DNA from: an uncultured Actinomycetes bacterium
GTDB taxonomy: Bacteria; Actinomycetota; Acidimicrobiia; IMCC26256; PALSA-610
Reading direction: 5' to 3'
DNA length: 64,000 nt
NCBI GenBank assembly: GCA_963716525.1
Contig: OY970315.1
Span: 3,238,154 to 3,302,153, forward strand
Shown here one piece after another: positions 61,729 through 64,000 of this stretch. How positions within the stretch are numbered: the first letter of the stretch is position 1; each line of letters starts with the position of its first letter. Below the pieces are notes generated by a model. That model did not search any database. It was not told the origin of the DNA and was given only the letters and a program-made list of their open reading frames with translations. The translations under genes were made by a program, and so were the position numbers.

Positions 61729-62531
61729 GCCGTCCGTTGCAGGCCGGCGAGCAGGTGCTGCTCGTCGACAACAAGAAGCGGCGGCACCTGCTCACGCTCA
61801 CACCGGGTGCGTCGTTCCACACCCACGCCGGCGTGCTGCTGCACGATGCCGTGATCGGCGGTGAGGAGGGCGTCGTCGTGCGCACCTCGCTCGGGCAGCG
61901 GCTGCTCGTGCTGCGCCCCACCATGTCGGAATACATCCTGGAGATGCCGCGCGGCGCGCAGGTGATCTACCCGAAGGACCTCGGGCCCATCCTGGTGCTC
62001 GCCGACATCTTTCCCGGCGCCCGGGTGCTGGAGTCGGGCGTGGGCTCGGGCGCGCTCACGATGGCGTTGCTGCGCGCAGTCGGCCCCCACGGGCGCGTCG
62101 TCGGCTACGAGCTGCGCGACGACTTCGCGGCGCGCGCACGCACCAATGTCGAGCAGTATCTCGGGCCCGACGTGCCGCTCGACATCGAAGTCCGCGACGT
62201 CTACGAGGGCATCGACGAGCACGGAGTCGACCGAGTGCTGCTCGACCTCCCCGAGCCGTGGCGAGCGGTCGAGCACGTCGCCAAGGCGCTGCGACCGGGT
62301 GGCATCCTGCTGAGCTACCTCCCCACGATCACCCAGGTGGCCACGCTGCGCGCCGCGCTCGCCGAGTCGGCGCTCGGCATGGCGGACACGATCGAGGTGT
62401 TGCAGCGCGGCTGGCACATCGAGGGCCAGTCGGTGCGGCCCGACCATCGCATGGTGGCGCACACGGGCTTCCTCACGACGGCCCGCCTGCTCGCGCCCAC
62501 CGGCGACACTGCAAAGCTCAAAGACCCGTGA
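61725..62531 (+). CDS. trmI: tRNA (adenine58-N1)-methyltransferase TrmI
   Basis: GTG 61725 with a GTGA overlap. QVIYPKDLGPI, VLESGVGSGALT and DRVLLDLPEPW are the GCD14/TrmI family pattern. Confidence 0.85.
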   Translation: MSRPLQAGEQVLLVDNKKRRHLLTLTPGASFHTHAGVLLHDAVIGGEEGVVVRTSLGQRLLVLRPTMSEYILEMPRGAQVIYPKDLGPILVLADIFPGARVLESGVGSGALTMALLRAVGPHGRVVGYELRDDFAARARTNVEQYLGPDVPLDIEVRDVYEGIDEHGVDRVLLDLPEPWRAVEHVAKALRPGGILLSYLPTITQVATLRAALAESALGMADTIEVLQRGWHIEGQSVRPDHRMVAHTGFLTTARLLAPTGDTAKLKDP

Positions 62532-63385
62532 CCGGCGCGGCGGGCGACGTCGCAGCTCCCCCCGGACCCCCGCCGCGCCACGGCTGCCTGCGTGGCGGGA
62601 TTGTCGCGTTGCTCGCCGCCGCCGCCATCGCCGTTGCTGTCGCGGCGGCGATCGTGTTCTTCATCACCGACGGGCGCGTCGAGCGCCCCGCGCTCGTCGC
62701 CCGGCCGCCGATCATCGGCAACGCGCCGGTGCCGCGGGTGGGGTCGCCACCGACCGCGGTGCGGCTCGCCGCGTCGCTACAGCGGCGCGTGGCCGGCTCG
62801 GTCGTGCGCGTCACCGGCACTGCGTGCGAAGAGGTGCAGCAGGGGAGCGGGTTCGTGGTGCGTCCCGGCTACGTCGTGACCGACGCGCACGTCGTCGCCG
62901 GCGAGCGTGCCACAACCGTTGTCGACCATGCGGGGCGGCACGCCGCGGCCACCGTCGTCCGCTTCGATCCGGTGCGCGACCTCGCGCTGCTGAGGCTCGG
63001 TGCGGGCGTGAGCCGGCTTCCCTCGCTCACGCTCGCGACGCCGCGCGCGCCGGCCGACCTCGCGGTGTTCGGGCATCCGGGCGGCGGCGCGCTGCGCATC
63101 GCCGCGGCGCGCCTGTTGGCGTCGGGCTTCGTGGACGCCGCGGGCCGGGACATCTTCGGACACGCGGCGTCGGGCTCGCGGCGCGTCCTCGCGCTCGCGG
63201 CGCGGCTTGCGCCCGGCGACTCGGGCGCGCCGGTCGTCGACGCGGCCGGCCGCGTCGTGGCCGTGGCGTTCGCGATCGATCCCGCGGGCCGGCCCGTCGC
63301 GTACGCGCTCGCCGCCGCGGAGGTCGCCACCGTGGTCCGGCCGTCGGAGCTGCCCGTGCCCACCGGCGGGTGCATATCGCCCTGA
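62528..63385 (+). CDS. Membrane-anchored trypsin-like (S1C) serine protease
   Basis: GTG 62528 with a GTGA overlap. An N-terminal TM segment (IVALLAAAAIAVAVAAAIVFF) is present. The catalytic His (VTDAHVV), Asp (DLALLRL) and Ser (GDSGAPV) are all present. Confidence 0.8.
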   Translation: MTGAAGDVAAPPGPPPRHGCLRGGIVALLAAAAIAVAVAAAIVFFITDGRVERPALVARPPIIGNAPVPRVGSPPTAVRLAASLQRRVAGSVVRVTGTACEEVQQGSGFVVRPGYVVTDAHVVAGERATTVVDHAGRHAAATVVRFDPVRDLALLRLGAGVSRLPSLTLATPRAPADLAVFGHPGGGALRIAAARLLASGFVDAAGRDIFGHAASGSRRVLALAARLAPGDSGAPVVDAAGRVVAVAFAIDPAGRPVAYALAAAEVATVVRPSELPVPTGGCISP

Positions 63386-63394
63386 CGAGCGGGT

Positions 63395-63631
63395 CTACTC
63401 AGCTTCGATGAAGATGCACTCGCCGGGGCATTCCTCGGCGGACTCGATGACCGCGTCGAGCTGGCCGTCGGGGATGTTGGCGAGACCCTCGGCGCCGCCG
63501 GGGTTCGAGAAGACCTTGTCGCCTTCCTTCACGTACGCGAGGCCGTCGTCGAGGAGCGTGAACACATCGGGCGCGATCTCCTCACACAGGCCGTCGCCAG
63601 TGCACAGATCCTGGTCGATCCAGACCTTCAT
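63395..63631 (-). CDS. Small single-cluster ferredoxin
   Basis: MKVWIDQDLCTGDGLCEEIAPDVF...ECPGECIFIE is the CxxxxxC...CP pattern of actinobacterial 3Fe-4S/4Fe-4S ferredoxins. Confidence 0.85.
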   Translation of the reverse strand: MKVWIDQDLCTGDGLCEEIAPDVFTLLDDGLAYVKEGDKVFSNPGGAEGLANIPDGQLDAVIESAEECPGECIFIEAE

Positions 63632-63802
63632 GACGTTGATCCTCGCTTTTGCTCGCGTTCGGCGTTCGCCGTCGGAACCCCAAAGTCGATGGTGCGTGGG
63701 GCCGATGAGCGTACGGCTTCCCTAGCTCCATCCACGCTATCGGATGCCACTTGGGGCACCTGAACCGGAGATAGGGTCGCCCCGCGACGAGGAGGTGGTC
63801 GT

Positions 63803-64000
63803 ATGGCGAGCGAAGACGAGCAGGCAGCAGCCGATCAGGCGGCGCTCACCGAGCTACGCCTCGAGGTCTCCAACCTCGAGGAGGAGGTGCTCGTGCTGCG
63901 CCGGCGCCTCCAGGACGCACCCAAGCGCGTCCGCACGCTCGAGGAGCGGCTCCTCGAGACGAAGGGCCAGCTCCAGCAGGCCATGTCGCAGAACGAGAAG
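63803..64000 (+). CDS. arc: Proteasome-associated AAA ATPase ARC/Mpa, N-terminal coiled coil (truncated by the window end)
   Basis: ATG 63803 follows GGAGG. MASEDEQAAADQAALTELRLEVSNLEEEVLVLRRRLQDAPKRVRTLEERLLETKGQL is the typical Mpa/ARC coiled-coil start. trmI is upstream, as in other actinobacteria. Confidence 0.8.
   Translation, partial: MASEDEQAAADQAALTELRLEVSNLEEEVLVLRRRLQDAPKRVRTLEERLLETKGQLQQAMSQNEK

Noticed and set aside
1-64000. tRNA, rRNA, tmRNA, integrase/transposase genes, or a genomic island
   Set aside because: Intergenic regions are short. I read all gaps longer than 100 nt (5897-6144, 17191-17555, 21017-21193, 48099-48300, 63632-63802) and none showed cloverleaf-compatible or rRNA-like sequence. 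No intact recombinase or IS terminal inverted repeats were seen. I cannot exclude small RNAs without covariance-model searches.

Overview
This is a GC-rich, actinobacterial-type chromosomal segment made up almost entirely of housekeeping genes. I found no rRNA, tRNA, CRISPR array or intact mobile element by eye.

Gene content, in order:
- Riboflavin operon ribD-ribE-ribBA-ribH, then hisG.
- infC-rpmI-rplT, a TrmH-family methyltransferase, then pheS-pheT.
- Dehydrogenases.
- A cobalamin-riboswitch-controlled pair of exported proteins, next to a large secreted CAP-domain/beta-propeller protein.
- ctaA, a 5'-3' exonuclease and fxsA.
- An acyl-CoA dehydrogenase, an SCP2-domain protein, a polyprenyl synthase and an ABC-2 exporter.
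- A TlpA-like thioredoxin, ctaB and a cupredoxin.
- glcDEF, a SulP permease with an ArsR regulator, a LOG-family protein, a PfkB kinase and fbiC.
- zwf, then tal-tkt.
- A FIST-domain protein, nagA, a GT2 glycosyltransferase and AMP- and ADP-forming acyl-CoA ligases.
- ttuB-ttuA-trmI, an S1 protease, a ferredoxin and the start of the proteasome ATPase arc/mpa.

Most notable observations:
1. Three perfect 83-bp tandem units sit exactly between the ABC ATPase stop and the permease start. Each unit is a 28-codon mini-ORF linked to its neighbours by ATGA overlaps, which resembles mycobacterial MIRU elements.
2. A cobalamin riboswitch sits ahead of a DUF4430-like protein and an alpha/alpha-toroid protein. 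Together these resemble a split transcobalamin.
3. A 44-bp perfect-stem palindromic element occurs twice in opposite orientations, once between genes and once in-frame inside nagA.
4. At least ten genes, including the essential rplT, carry single-base frameshifts. This points to indel errors in the sequence rather than real gene decay.
5. A ttuB-ttuA-trmI cluster groups tRNA T-loop modification genes.

Many long Arg/Ala/Pro-rich ORFs in the six-frame track are antisense or off-frame artefacts of the high GC content.
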